Shown one piece after another: positions 12,501-27,500 of a DNA stretch of 64,000 nt. The notes beneath the pieces were generated by a model. That model was not told the origin of the DNA, ran no database searches, and saw nothing but the letters and a program-made list of their open reading frames with translations. How positions within the stretch are numbered: position 1 is the stretch's first letter; each line of letters begins with the position of its first letter. The DNA is from Eledone cirrhosa (taxonomy: Eukaryota), in the NCBI GenBank assembly GCA_964016885.1, contig OZ024741.1, positions 204,600,001 through 204,664,000 on the forward strand. Direction: 5' to 3'. The translations under genes and the position numbers were made by a program.

Positions 12501-15500
12501 ATGGTATAATTATGGCAATATTAAGTGAAAACTTTTCAGAAGGACAACCAGAGTCTAGAGAACCACCGCAAGTAAAGAGTGGTAAATATATTCTACTACT
12601 AATTCTTTTGTTGTGTTTCTTTTTTTAATAGAAAAAGAGCAGTGCTCATGATCTTACTGCAGGCCCTCCAAGATGCAGTTGATCAACAATTGCAGGGAAA
12701 CAATTTCATAGGATCACGGTTTTAGGAAGGATTAAGCAAAGGTCTGAGAAGGTGAAAAACAGGGAGAGTGATTGGGAAACTAGTTGTAAACTCCTCTGTT
12801 ATGGCCTGAAGAATTATAATATTTAGGAGTGGGCTGAGGACTGAGCCATAATGAACACCTACCTGCACATTGAATTCTTCATTAACTCTTTAGCATTTAC
12901 ATTATTCTATATTTACTATTGTATTTTCATGGTAGAGGCCTTATCTCACATTATATCAAATCTATGAGATTTTGATGTTATTTATTTTGAGAACAATACC
13001 TTAACATTAGTATGAGCGGCCAATTACGGCTGGTTTGAACAGAAAGAGATGTGACAGTTCTGGCCGGATATGCCGGTTTAAATGCTAAAGGGTTAAACAT
13101 CATAACATACTCTCACTTTACTGACAACTCCTCTGTACATGCCTTGTACTGTTCTCACAAGCCATTCTTCTATATTTAGTTTCCTTAGGGATCACAAGAT
13201 GACGCATCATGGTACTCAGTCAAAGGCCTTCTCCAGATCAACAGAAACTAAATATAGTAGCTTATTCTTGGCTAGGAACTTCTCTTTTACCTATTTACTT
13301 TTCGAGTGATATATATCATCTTCAGCACTGTCTAATGTCTATTTACCATGCTTGCATAGGTTAGATGGGCTCTCACGTTATAAGGCAAGTCAGGTCAGGT
13401 GATCACGTCTTGCTCATACGATCTGCTTTTTAGCTTGGTATTGTATAACTGAATACTCTTCTTTATGCCAACCGCATTACAGTTTGTACTGGGAGCTTTT
13501 CTCATGGCACTACCACTTTGGATGCTTTTTGTTGTGATACCAGTACAGGAGGAACTAGGTGCTTTTGTTGTAGCACCAGCACTGTGGGAGAGCAAGTGTG
13601 GAGTGTGTTTGGCTCTCTAAGCATAAATGTTTCGGCAGGAAAGATGTATTGAATGCTGTAGCCGGTGTACATTCTCATCATTGTTGAACATGCATTTTCC
13701 AGGACTGCCTGTGTCAGGCGAGCTGTCATGCTTTGTGACTAGGCTGTACAGGAGACATATTTAGTTGATACATTCTATTTTTATTTGGGCATGGCCTCCA
13801 CAGCCAGATAACCTTCCTAACCTCACCTGAGCATTTTATCACACCACAAGATGGGGCATGTCCCACATTCCATGTTGGCATGGGTTAGGTGTGGAAGGGT
13901 GGAGGCATCCATCTTTGTGAGTTGGTATAGCTTGGGTTGGGTTTGTCTAGGATGGGGAGAAGGAACTGTCTTTCCATACAGGAAAGAGTTGATGAGTGGG
14001 GGGGGGGGGTGAAAGAGGAGGGCCTGTCTTTCTATGCTGGAAGGAGTTCTAGTTGGAAATACAGGGTGGGGTTAGAGGAAAGGAGTAGGACAGAGGGTCT
14101 ACTTTGATAATGAGAGGGTGGGGATGTAGGGGTTGGAGGAAGCCACCAGAGGCCTAAAAAGGTCCTCTCCAGTATTTTCCTTGAAAATGGATAATGCATC
14201 TGAAATATTATGAAGGCAACATAATCTCATTTCTTGTTTTTCTTCCTTCTTTCCTTCTTTGCAATCAATTTCACCTCTCTCTTTCTGCATTCAATTTTGT
14301 CACCTCAATATTGACAACACCATCTGCATTGTAGCAGCTTTCAAAACATACCTACTTATATATTATATACACACATACACATACACATTGTCAGGTCACA
14401 TTGCTGTATACATTCTTGCCATGCCATTTTTGTAGAAAAAGTTACAGCCAAGCCTGTTGTTGAGAAAGCACCAGTTGAAACTAAAGTGCCAAGAGGGGAA
14501 GTTTATACCTCCATGAAGTTCAAGTTTACACTAAACAGTTTATCAGCAACACTTTACATGGGAACAGAAGAAGTGGTATGTTAAACTTTCATCTTTTAGG
14601 AACTAAGGAATAAAGAAAAGGAACATTTTTATTTTAAGCTTTATATTTTATATCTTTATTAACCCTTTAACATTTACATTACTCTATATATACTATTGTA
14701 TTTTCACGGTAAAGGATTCACCTCACATAATCATCTCACATAATATGAGATTTTGCAATTATTTATTTTGAGATCAATGGACTAATCAGTTTTCAGGTTA
14801 TCCTCCAAGGACAAACTCTGTAATTGTTTCTTTGATGCATGTTAGTAATTCCCTTTAAATATAAGCAAATGAAAATTGTTTCAAGTCTCTCTTCAAAGTG
14901 TACCTGGAGACCAAGCACACAAACCTGTCTCAAATAACAGAGAGGCTATGCTTCATTGACACTCACGTGGTGTTCTTCTGCTTGAAGAACTGCTTCAGCC
15001 TTCTAAAATTTTAGTTTGTGCTGCATGGTGCAACTCATCAACACCGCACAGATTACCTCAGTGAACTCAATGACACCCTCCGATGCTGTACAGAACTCAT
15101 CTGCAATGACAGTTCCGATAGTGCCAGTTGGCAACAAAAAAATGTGTTTCTTCAAATTGTATATGTCCTGAAACTGACTGCTTAATGTAAACAAAATGGT
15201 TAACTTCAGAAACATTGGGGAAATTTGAAATGTGTGCATCCAAATGCAAATGACCATAATAATAGTTGGGAAAATCAGGAAAAGTACCCTAACTCTGTCC
15301 ACTTTTTCCATGTCCAAGGATACTTTACCTGATTTTTTTTCAATTAGCGATTGATTAATATTATTATGGTCATTTGCGGTGAATTGGCAGTATCGGTAGA
15401 GGGTCGAACATGCTTTCCAGCATAGTTACGTCCCTTTACGATCTGAGTTCAAATCCCGCCGAGGTTAACTTTGCCTTTCATCCTTACGGGGTCGATAAAA

Positions 15501-18500
15501 TAAAGTACCAGTAATGTACTGGATAATTGCTGGCCTTGTGCCAAAAGTAGAAACAATTATTATGGTCATTTGCATTTTAATTGCTAATATATTTTTTCCA
15601 TTCTTCATGGTAATATTTTCTTTGTATTTCAGCCAAGTGACGCTGAAGTAGTGATCCCACGAGATAGCAAGAAGTGTTTGGGTCATTTTGAGTTACAAGT
15701 ATTTGACATAGATTTCAGTATGCAGTCAGATGGCTCAATGAAAGCAAGCATTATTTTGAATAACACCATTTTAGATGATAGCCGTCCTGCAAAAGAATAT
15801 GCAATAAGAAGGTATGCTAATGTTTTATAGATATAAAGGATATTGAACATGACTGCAATAATAATGTTTAACTAGATGTTTTGTAGCATTTGATTTTGTC
15901 CCTCTACCTTCTGAACCCTAACTCCTTATAATTAAGTTGACCTTTCATACCCCTCAAAATATACAAAAACTAGTTCCACCCTTAGATTGAGTATTTTTCT
16001 GAACTATTAAGCCAGAAGTTTGTTGTGGAGTATGCACTAATGCAGGCATTTCAAACTGAGGGCCATGAGTCACATATGTGTTGTCTGAGGACCACACACA
16101 ACAACTAATTTTACGAAGATAAAATATGCTCACGCTGTAAAAACCTTTGTGCAGGCCACAAGTCTGCTTGTAAAGGACCGCATGCGGCCCACAGGACGCA
16201 TGTTTGACATGCCTGCACTAATGGACACCACTGATCAAAGAACTGTCACAACTTCATTTGGTATTGCACCCTCAATAGATGAGATAGCAATGGCCATAAG
16301 TAAACTGACTCTTGGTAAGGTCCCTGGTAAAGCTGGAATCTGTGCTGAGATTTTATGCTTTGGTGGCACTTGTATCACTCACAATCTGCATGAGTTTATT
16401 AGTGTAGTTTAGAGATATGGTGCTATTCCCAAGGATTGGAAAGATGCAATTATGCTTCCTCTTTATAAAGGAAAGGATGTCAGAATAAAGTGAACATCAC
16501 AAAGGCATTTCTTTACTCTCAGCTGTTGGTAATTTTCTGTCAAGTATTCTTTTTAGTTGCCTAAATAATTCCCTTGTAGTTGATGTCCTTCTTGAATCTG
16601 TGTGTTGTCTGTTTTGGTAGAGAAACAATGGATATGATTTTCACGAGACATGCAGCAATCTGCTATGGGCAGAACATGAACCTTGTCCAGATTTTTATTA
16701 ATCTAACAGGCTTCTATAGGACAACCCTGTGGAAAATAATCTGCAATTTTGCTTGTCCAGATTACTTTGTATTGATAATTAAATTATTTCACAATGAAAT
16801 AGAAGAGGGAACAAGCTGGTACATCCTTGTTCCAACTCTCTTCTACTTGTATTTTACTGTTTTTGCTGCTGATTGTTCTTCTGAAATATGTGAGGCATCA
16901 ATCTTTCAGGCATCTCTTCAATTTGTAGTGTTTTGCCTTTCAACCTTTTGTTTGTAATTCTTATGCAGATAATTGCACAAACTGATGAACATATTCAAAT
17001 TCTCGTGGATTATATTTCAATACCTTGTAAGGCATAAGCCGAGACAAAACTGTTGTATTATTCCAACCTGCCCCAAGAAATTTATATGTGAGTCTGCTGA
17101 GAGGAAAGAAGGATAGGATGGTAAGAGAGGGAGAGATGTATTAGTAGCTATATGTTAGTTGTTGGTGAGGGGAATATTGGGTATTAAAGGTGCCATTCTA
17201 GGAAAGAAATGCTACTAGAATATCAACTAAAGTAGTCTAATTGTTTGTCTAAGAAAGCTATAAATGCTTGTTCTGCTTTTGACAGAATGATTCAAAGATA
17301 CTGTGAAAGTCCAAATTCATCACAACAACAAAATATGATTGAAGTTCAATTTCAGCAAAACATGAGCGCAGACAAAGACGGTAAGTATATTGGTTGGTTT
17401 GTTGTTGGGTTTTTTTTTTGTGGGGGGGGGGGGTCCTTCTTTTCTTTGAATTACCCTGAATTTTCCTAAAGATTTTGTACTGAAAATAATTTAGTCAAAG
17501 GAATCATAATATTCAGGTCAGCAGGTCAAACCCCAAATTTATAATGCTCTTCAACTCCTGTGTTCATACTCAGTATCTCACTCTGTATAATGTGCTTTTC
17601 TGAGATTCAGTATTGCAATGAATGTATTTTTGGTTCAGTCTATTTAAGATTTAAGTGATGATATGAAAATGGGAAAGCTGGATATCATCAGTACATTAAC
17701 TCATAGGGTTTGAATCTAGAAAGAAGTTTTTGCTTTCAGGCTTTTTTATGTGTATTGATGGAAAAGTCAGTAAATTTAGAATATTTGTAATTGTTTTATT
17801 CACAATTGTATTCTTTTGGTCATTACCCAAAATTTATGACCATAGGTAAACGTAGGCATGGACACTGAATTAAAGATAGCAAGTTTGGCTTTTATACCTA
17901 TCTCCTCCTTTCTGATGACTGAATGCTAAAGTTGGTACATTATTACTAAGGTCATATTTTAGAGACATAGCCAACAAGCAGGAGACCCAGAGGTAGACCA
18001 TGAGCAAAATAGTTAGATAACATCCATAAACTTGGCTGATCTCACTTGGAGATCCAGCCAGATCATTTGGAGATGGTTGCTTCCAATAGGACCTTCTGGA
18101 AAGTATGTCTAAGGACTCAGTCACCACAACCAAATCAGAAGTAAATGTTATTTGGTGTCATGTTAAATGATTGCCAGTGTTACAAGGATTAGAATATAAA
18201 CTACAGCCATTTGTGTTACTCCATGCATCTATACGTAGTCTTTAAATTTGAATATTATTTTTGATTATGAAAGGCAACCAGCTGTTAACCCTTTCAATAC
18301 CAAACTGCCTGAAACCACCTTGCATTTAGGATAGAAAACTGCCCATTTTAAAATGTTTATCTTTATATTAAAACTTTTCATCATAGTTTTATATTAGAAT
18401 TTTTCTTAATGTTCTAATGAACTGAGTAAAGAACAAAAGGACAGGTTCTATGAGGAACCTTTACTGACTACCTCAGCTACTGATAAAAGAGACCTCATCA

Positions 18501-21500
18501 TCTTGGCAGGCAACTTCAATGGATATGTTGGACAGTATCAGGGTGGATTCATTGGAGTTCATGGCGGCTAACGTTATGGCTCAAGAAATGAAGAGGGAGT
18601 GAAGCTCCTACAATTCTGTGATGCAAATGAACTAACCATGTGCAACACAAATTTCAGGTAACCAATCAGGTGAATACTCAAACCAGATTGATTTCTCATT
18701 TCTAAGTCAATGAAATAAATGGACTGTAATAAATGCTAAGGTCTTCCCCGGGGAAGAATGTGTCGCCCAACACAGGTTAGTTACTTGTGACATCAGAATA
18801 AACACAAGACTAACAAGATATGCAGGAAAATATGGTGACAGAGGGTTTGGAAGCTAAAGGACCTTTCTGTTAAATATAGGTTTAGAAAGGCCCTATTTGA
18901 CAAGAGGGGTGACAAGCTAGATACAGCTCATAAAAGAAAACTGGAAATTCTTCCATGACAACCTATTGCAGACTACTGATGAGACTTGTAGCTGGAATAA
19001 AGTGCCAGTCATACAGAGGGTGGCCTGGTGGTGGAACAGCAGAGTGGATAGAGCCATTAAAGCCCAGAGACAGGCATGGAAAGACTGGAAAAATTGGGAT
19101 AGCAGAGACCAGTACCAAGTAGCTAAGAGAAGCTAGACACAGATATACACAGCTTGGAGAGAGGCTGAAAAAAGAAAGTTTGCTAATGTCTTGAGACATG
19201 AGGATCAGAGACGTGAAATGTTCCACATTGCAAGGCATTGTGTCAGTGTGAATCAGGGTGTTGAGGAAAAGTATATTAGGAATAACACTGGTGCACTTAG
19301 CATCATTGATACTCAAAAGAAAGAGCTTTGACAATCAACAACTAAACAACCATTTGCTTATTAAACTAACCAACTGAGAAATCCAACAGGTATGTGTGTT
19401 TTTAATGGCAGCATGGCCCTCCCAGAATATATCAATATTTAGATAATTATTTGCTTTTTATTCTTTTTCTTTTAATTAAACAAATTGAAATTAATTTTTT
19501 GCACATAATGCTTTAATCCTTGATATTTTCCTCCTACTTTTCAGTCAATATCAAAGTAGGTAACTTGCACATATGTGTTTGTTTAGACTTTTTGATGACT
19601 TTGGGAAACTTCTTCACTCAAGGAGCACCAAAAACTCCAACTAAAATGGAAATTAAAAAGGCCATACATGATGTAAAAACTGCTAAATGTAAGTATTATT
19701 TTTGTTTTTGTTTTTTTATGGTAAAAATTCTAACATAAAAAGATATTTTCTCATCAAACTATTAATTGCTATACTAGATATCTTACAAAAAGATGTATAT
19801 GCTTTTAAATGTTATATAGTTTAGAATACTAAGAATTATATGTATTCTTACATTTATTACATTCATTATTAATCTACTTAGAAGGCGGTAGATTGGTAGA
19901 GTCATTAGAGTGCCAGACAAATGCTTATCAGTATTTTTTCTGACTCCTTATTGTGGGTTTATATCCTGCTATGGTCAACTTTGCCTTTCATCTTGCCAGG
20001 GTCGATAAAATAAAGTACAAATCAAGTACAGGGGGGCGATATAATCGATTTTTCCCTTCCTCCCAAAATTGCCGTCCTTTTGCCTAAATTAGAAACTGTT
20101 GTGAATCTGAAGCAAAGCAATGGTTAGTAGTTATTGTTAGAGGAAATAACACAAAATAGAGGGTTTACTTTTGATATAAAATTTACTTCACTTCAGTTAA
20201 AAAGAATAACGAATAAATTACTACGAGTTATAACGGTTGACAATGTTTTTGTTGATACTTCGTTATGCTGGTGTAGTCTGTGAGAAGGTGAGAGAAGGTG
20301 AGAGCCTGTAAGACCAGGAGGAAGAGAGAGAAATGGCTGTAGACCCCAAGGGATCTGTAGAAAGCAGATGTTTTACATTGTTATTCTCTCATGTACAGCT
20401 CCAAACAAAAGCCTTTGCTGACTCAGACGGGCTATTTATATCTGTCGCTTCTTCTGTCTCCTACCTCGATGGATCGCCCACGCAAAGACTTGTTTACGCC
20501 AAAAAGGAGGTGACCCAGAATTTGACCTTTCTGTGTCACCCAGGGTTCAAGGTGTGGACAGATTTCGCTACAAATCTACCTAACATTAACTTATTTCATT
20601 AGAGAAAGACTATAAAAACAAAAAAAAATAATTAAAGCAGAAAAAAATAATCAACTTTGTATGCCTCAGATTCAGAATAGATAGAATACCCCAAACAACA
20701 TCACAACAGTATGGCTATGCAGATGATTTCACCCTTCTCCACTCCAATAGTCTGATTAACATAGACAGTGTATTGACAGCAGACATGACCCAACTGGCAA
20801 CATATTATAAGACCTGGAGATTGAAGCTGACCATGGCAAAGATGGTTGTAACAGTATTCCACCTGAATCCAGCTCACCATAAACTTTGATGGCATGCCCA
20901 TCCCATATAATGCCACACCAACCTAACTTAGAATGAAATTGGACCGACAGCACCTCAAGTCCTTACATGTAAATGTTTCCATGAGGAACAACCTTCTATG
21001 CCCATTGGCAGGTTCATCATGGAGAGCTAGTACATCTACCCTATGTACCAATGCCCTAGCCTTGGTCTACAATGCTGCAGACTATGCCTACTCGGCATAG
21101 TGCAGGAGCTCCCACACTGAAAAGCTAGATACAACATTGAATGAGGCCTTACGGCTTATCACCGGATGTCTTCATCCAACACCAACTGAGTATCTACCTG
21201 TGCTCTCAGGCATTGTTCCTACATCCCTTTGTAGGACATCACACACATGGGTGAGTAACTAAGGCCTCAATAGACCCAAGTCATCTGCTCCCCAACATGG
21301 CTAAGGATTCTGAACTACTGAAGTAATGTCAACCCCAGTACCCCCCCACCCACCCACCCACCCACCCACACACACACACACACTACTAACCTTTTTCGGA
21401 AGGAGTGGATGTCTCTGGATCAGCTACATGCAGTTGTCAGCCAATTCAGGGCAGCCATGTGCCACTGGGGGCTGCATCTATCAGCAGATTGCCAGAGCTG

Positions 21501-24500
21501 AACATATACTGAGTGAATGACCAGATCTTCAGCCACCTGAAAATATGGACGTCACAAGCCCTAATTCCACTGCCATGAGCTGGTTACATCTTGAAGGACA
21601 TCACATAATTGCAACTGTCTCATATGCAAGAAGAAGAATAAGTACATTATATCCCTGCATATCATAAGAATTAAGTAAAAGTGTTGGTGCCAGGAAAAGT
21701 ATCTGGTTCTAAAACATTTCTAAAGGATCCCATGATGAGTAAGAAGCCTTTCATGGGGCCTACATCGGTAACCCCTACAGTAACAGAGGAAAATAGCCTG
21801 CAAATACTTGCTGCTGCTGCTGCTAATAGAGAGTATGGACAAATAACTCCAAAATGCTTGTATTTATTTTTTTTCTCTCTCATATTTAATTAAGGATGAG
21901 AACTAGAACCCATAACCTATTGATGGCCTTCTTAACCCGTTTGATACCAAACTGCCTGAAAGTGCCCCTGGTTTATTTATTTTATTCACAATTGTATAAA
22001 TAACATTACAAATTATATATAATTCTTTCAGAATGAAAATATAGACGCAAATCATCATCATCGTCGTCGATTAACATCTATCTTCCACACTAGCATGGGT
22101 TAGACAGGTCTCATTTAGAGGCAAGTTGGGTCAGGTGACCGTGTCTCACTCATATAGGAGTGTTTCTGGCTGGTAAATAAATAGAATTAATTATTGCTAG
22201 GAGCCTTATAGGTATAATGCACTGAAATATATGATCAAAGCAAGAGGAAGAAAACAACAAAAACTACCATCAATTCACCACCAAGTGCATCAATCAGTCA
22301 CACGCCACAAGGGTCAACGGAAAATTTTGAGAAGAGCCAACATGTTCGCAGCATTACAGCAGATGATGGTGAGGCTATGGCACTGAAACAACCAGGCAGC
22401 CTCATGTGCATCACCTAACACTTTGGTAAGGTGAGCTGCTAATGATAAGAATTTTGTTGTCAGTGGCCTAGCGCCACCAAACGTCTTGAATGCCACAGGC
22501 TGGAAAAATAGTTATTTGATAGTTCCCACTATTATGATTTTATTCCGTTTTATTCTGTTCAGCTATGGAAGCAGTAACTCTCATATTTACCACGGCTTAA
22601 GTGTCACTGACTGTGGCGTCCCAGGTGAGACATTCTGCCTCTTACCCAGGGACAAGAGTAAGACGATCTGGTCTCTTCCCATCAATTCTGGATAATACAG
22701 TCAACTCCAGAACTGAGGGGATAGTTACCTGAACTAGGACCTACTTGAAAACTGTTTATTTTAAAATGTTAACCTTTGTTATGTTCCAAACACCAGTTTA
22801 ATAATAATGTTTTCTAAAATAGCTATATTACTAAATCTCTCCATTTTCTTGATTGTTTTCAAAATTATTTGAAAATCATAGGCAGTGTCTTTCATTATAA
22901 ATTTGGTGATGAAAGCTTTAATGAGATTCATGCAATAATACTACTGAATGTTTTTATTATAAATATATATTTTTCTATCTGAAAATAACTTCCAAATTTA
23001 GCTATTGTGGTTACAACTCCTGCAGCTCCTGTAAGACCCACATCAAGCATGAACATCAATGTTTCAATATCTCAACCTGAAATTGTTCTCATAGAAGATC
23101 AATGCAATTCTGAAACTGATGCATTGGTACTCCATGTAAGTTGACATCTGTTTAACCAAATTCTATCATACATCAGTTGTGGAGGCACATGGCTTAGTAG
23201 TTAGAGCACTGGCCTTGCAATCGAAAGGTTGTGAGTTCAATTCTCAGACTGGGTGATGTGTTGTTTCCTTGAGCAAGACACTTTATTTCACATTGCTCCA
23301 GTTTACTCAGCTGTAGAAATGAGATGATAGGACTGGGGTCCATATCATTCCACTGCAAAGTGGTCGTGGAGGTGCCACAGCAAAAAAAAAAGCACCCAGC
23401 CCACACTGTAAATGAGGTTGGTGTTAGGAAGGGCATCCAGCTGTAGAAATCAAGCCAGAATCAGTTCCCGTCCCACCCTTGCAAGCAGGGAAAAGCGGAC
23501 GTAAAATGATGATAATATGATATGATCAGTTATTGTCTTTCTTCTGTTATATATTATTTTTGTTGTTGTCTTCATGGATGCTTTTTGTTTTATATTTTAG
23601 TCTAATATTGATTTTAAAATGATATCTACTCCTGACACCAGTACAATGTCAGCCAATGTCTGTGGCCTCCAGATTATATCAACAAACTTTAAAAACAGAA
23701 CTAGTGGCATTCAGGTAAAGTATTATATTTTACATTACAAAGTAATATACTGTTGTGTAAAGATTCAAAAATATGAAATGATGAAATAATTCTTGTGGAG
23801 TCAAATCAAACTTTGACCAAGTAAATGTTATAGTTCAATAACAATTACTATGTTTACATTTTATAAAATCTAAGATAGATAAAAATAATGTAGAAGTAAA
23901 TTTAATACATATACTGAATATATACACTCCTGGTCCATAAGAATCTTTATCTAAATTCTGTAAGCTAATAAAACATTTGTAAGATATAACCAAAGGTTGT
24001 GTTGCAGCAGAAATGATAGATTGTTATACTATATTCTTTGCACTGGGATAATTGCTGGCCTTGTGCCAAAAGTAGAAACAATTATTTAGAGACATGCTTT
24101 CCAGCGTAGTTACGTCCCTTTACGACCTGAGTTCAAATCCCGCCGAGGTTAACTTTGCCTTTCATCCTTACGGGGTCGATAAAATAAAGTACCAGTAATG
24201 TACTGGGTAATTGCTGGCCTTGTGCCAAAAGTAGAAACAATTATTTAGTTATTTAGCGCGGGGGATTGGTAGTATCAGTAGAAGGTCGGACACCATGCTT
24301 TGCAGCATAGTTACAGCCCTTCACGGTCTGAGTTCAAATCTTGCCAAGGTTAATTTTGCCTTTCATCTTTACGGTGTCGATAAAATAAAGTACCAGTAAT
24401 GCACTGGGATAATTGCTGGCCTTTGCCAAAAGTAGAAACAATTATTTAGTTACTTCTCTTAACCTTTCAATTTGAGATCAAACTAAGTCAATAAAATCCT

Positions 24501-27500
24501 AATAATTTAGCAAGGTCAACTGAATTGTTAGATATCAAACTGCTCATCTCATTTATGGATACTTGAAGTAATAAACTATGATTCCTTATGGTGATGGATT
24601 CTCTCTGTCTTGACGAGAAACATTCAGTTGTTCAGTCAACTAAACATCTAAGTTGTTAAATTGTGTAAGTGGCTGAGTATTCCACAAGCATGTGCACTCT
24701 TAACATGATTCCCTAGCTAAACCAACATAATACAATATATGGCAAGACTGGACATTTAAATTACATGAGCTTCTACAGTTTTCATTGATCCAATTTCACT
24801 GGATCATCACATGACTATGATAAAGATACCTGCCCAAGATGTCATGCAGTGGAATCAAACTCAGAGCCTCATGATTGTGAAGTGAACTATACCTGCATTT
24901 ATTTCTTTATGGTACCTAATTTACAGTTTTCTGCTAGATAGTATCAGCAAGGGAAAGACTAATAGAAACATTGTTTCTTTAGTCCAATTTGGCAAGTTCC
25001 ACCCCACTTGGTAAGCGAATGAGGTCTGGGAATTTGTCAGTCGTTTCCATACAATTTACAGTTAGTCTCTAATTATATATACACTGAAATCACAATATAT
25101 TCTTGAAAAATGTAAAACAGCACTATGACTGTGTCACATTACAAACTGAGGTCTTTACTCTAGTACTTCAAATTTTCTCAATGATTTGTCTGCTAGTAAA
25201 GCTACTATAAACATTTGAATTAACAAACCCCTTTTTTTTTAGATATTTTCTGGTAAATTATTATGATGTTAAGAGTTAAGATTTAAATGTATTTGATGAT
25301 GTGACTTAAACTGTCATTTTGACTGGTTGCTTATTGATGGTAGGCAGCTAAAACAATTTTGTTTAATAGAATTGGCAATTAGTATCTTCTAAAAATTTAC
25401 TTTTTTTCATAAACCTCTCTATTAAACATGATAATATTCACCAGACAACAAGAGTCTCCGTGGTATCTAGATTTGCTAGAAATATCAATCAAACCTCTTT
25501 CAAATTTCATCCTATGATCTTATAAAAGGAGGAGAGTCACATTGGATAATATGGGATTGTCGTGGCTGGTATGTCTTTAATCAGGTCTGCCTTTAACTAG
25601 GTATGCTTAATCAGAGCTGACTTTCAACTAAATGCCAAATTATAACAGCCAGTGTCATTAGAAGTGTTGGATTAAAATTGTTTCAGTGTTTGTTCTGGTT
25701 CACTGTGCTCTGAGTTCCCACCATGGTCAACAACTTCATCTTTCATCCTTTTAAGGTCAATAAAGTGTTAGTCCATTTACAGTGCCTCTATGACTCAATC
25801 TGGAGTTAATAGCTCATGTTTGTATGTATAGCTCCAGGTCAGTCCCTAATTGATCATAGCATTACAGCTGTGTCCAACCTGTCTCTGTATATATGTGCCA
25901 TTTGGTTGCTGTTTCTAGCAACTGCATAGATATGCCATGTGTCAGGACAGTGCCACCACAACTCCATCAGGAATTAAGGGACCTTTACTTTTTACTGAAC
26001 TTTCATTACTTTATTTCCTTTTTATTTTAGATCCTGAACAACTGTGAGATTAACTTTCATAGCAGTGCTCCATTTAATGAAGGTCAGCATATACAACTGC
26101 TAACAACCAATCTTATCTTCAGTATATCTCCTGCCACTATACGGACAATGACTGCTATTGCTTCTGGCCTCTCTGCTCAACCGGTAACTATTTCATATGT
26201 CTGAAAGCATTATTACTTTGACAATGTTATCTTCCAATTCTGCTGATCCAAGCAACTCCCTCCATCCTATAAAACATGTATGTATTTTTGGTGAAGATCA
26301 TTATTTAATTGAATTGAATAATGTTAGGTTGTGTGTATCATTGTATAAAAATAACAGAAAACCAACAAGAAATTTAATTCAAATTCAGTGGATTTAATCA
26401 ATGCTGATGGTTTAAGGGGAAGAAACAGAGGAAGAAGCCATGTTGAGATATCAAGTTATCCTAAGACTAGAGGCTTCATTCACCTTAATGTTATTCAAGG
26501 GAAAAGTGGTTGTTTTAACCAAGATACAGATTATATGTTCCACCCAAAAGGTCTAATATTCATATTTAATGCATTCTTGATCTAACTGTATCATCTGTCC
26601 CTAAGAGGTGGCCAGTGAGGATGAAACGGAAATTATTTCCCACAGAAAAATTGAAAGAAAAACTTATATATTTGAAAAAAATGTTAAATCAATAAGGACA
26701 ATAATATTGTAATCTGGTATATTATTTTATAAAGTATATTAACCATAGAATTTGTTCTCAATAGATTGTCTCTGTTAATTAATGTCATTCTTCCTAGGCT
26801 GAAGATGATGAAAAATCTGAAAATAAAATACCTGATAATTTGTGGAATGTTAAACCCATTTCCGAATGTGATTTGTGGTATCTTAAAACTGGTAAGTAGT
26901 ACATGTGATTTTTACAAGTTCAGATATGTGTGCTGTGTGTTTGTACATGCACACTTCCAGTATATGATATATTTCAATTATCATTACTAACAACTGTGTC
27001 AAACTTAGCAGTACCATCTGTTATTTCCTATCATAAAATCAAAAGCATGGCATCATATATAACCCACCAAGATATTGCAGTAATTATAAAAGTAATATTT
27101 TATGCACTTTCAGTTCAAACCTTTTTCATTGCTCTAACGTTGGTGGTAAGGTTTTAAAATGTTAATACTTCTGGAATATTTTATGATATTCTTAGAAATG
27201 TTTCCATTGTTCTAATTGTTACAGGCAATGTAAAGTATCTACTTTATGGTATCACTTCATTATGTGTGATTTCCTGCTACTGCTATTAAAAGACACATGG
27301 CTTTGTGGTTAAGGCTTACAATCATAAGGTTGTGAGTTCGATTCCCAGCAGCACGTTATGTCCTTGAGCAAGATACTTTTTCACGTTGCTCTAGTCCACT
27401 CAGCTGGCAAAAATGAGTTGTACCTGTAGTTCGAATAGCCAGCCTTGTCACATTCAGTGTTATGCTGAATCTCCCTGAGAACTACATTAAGTGTACACAT

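Noticed and set aside
15003-15317. 104-aa minus-strand ORF as a nested gene
   Set aside because: It overlaps a dispersed inverted-repeat element and has no recognisable domain or splice structure.
18972-19000. CTGATGAG as a hammerhead core
   Set aside because: It lies inside RTE coding sequence and no GAAA box or stems follow.
21681-21893. Protein-like ORF (VPGKVSGSK...LAAAAANRE) as an extra VPS13 exon
   Set aside because: No polypyrimidine tract. The only plausible AG (21692-21693) would create TGA with the preceding exon, the candidate donor phase does not fit, and exons 9 and 10 already join in frame.
23178-23255. tRNA gene (also 27295 and 28280, and SINE A heads)
   Set aside because: A and B boxes are present, but acceptor stems do not pair and each continues into a SINE body.
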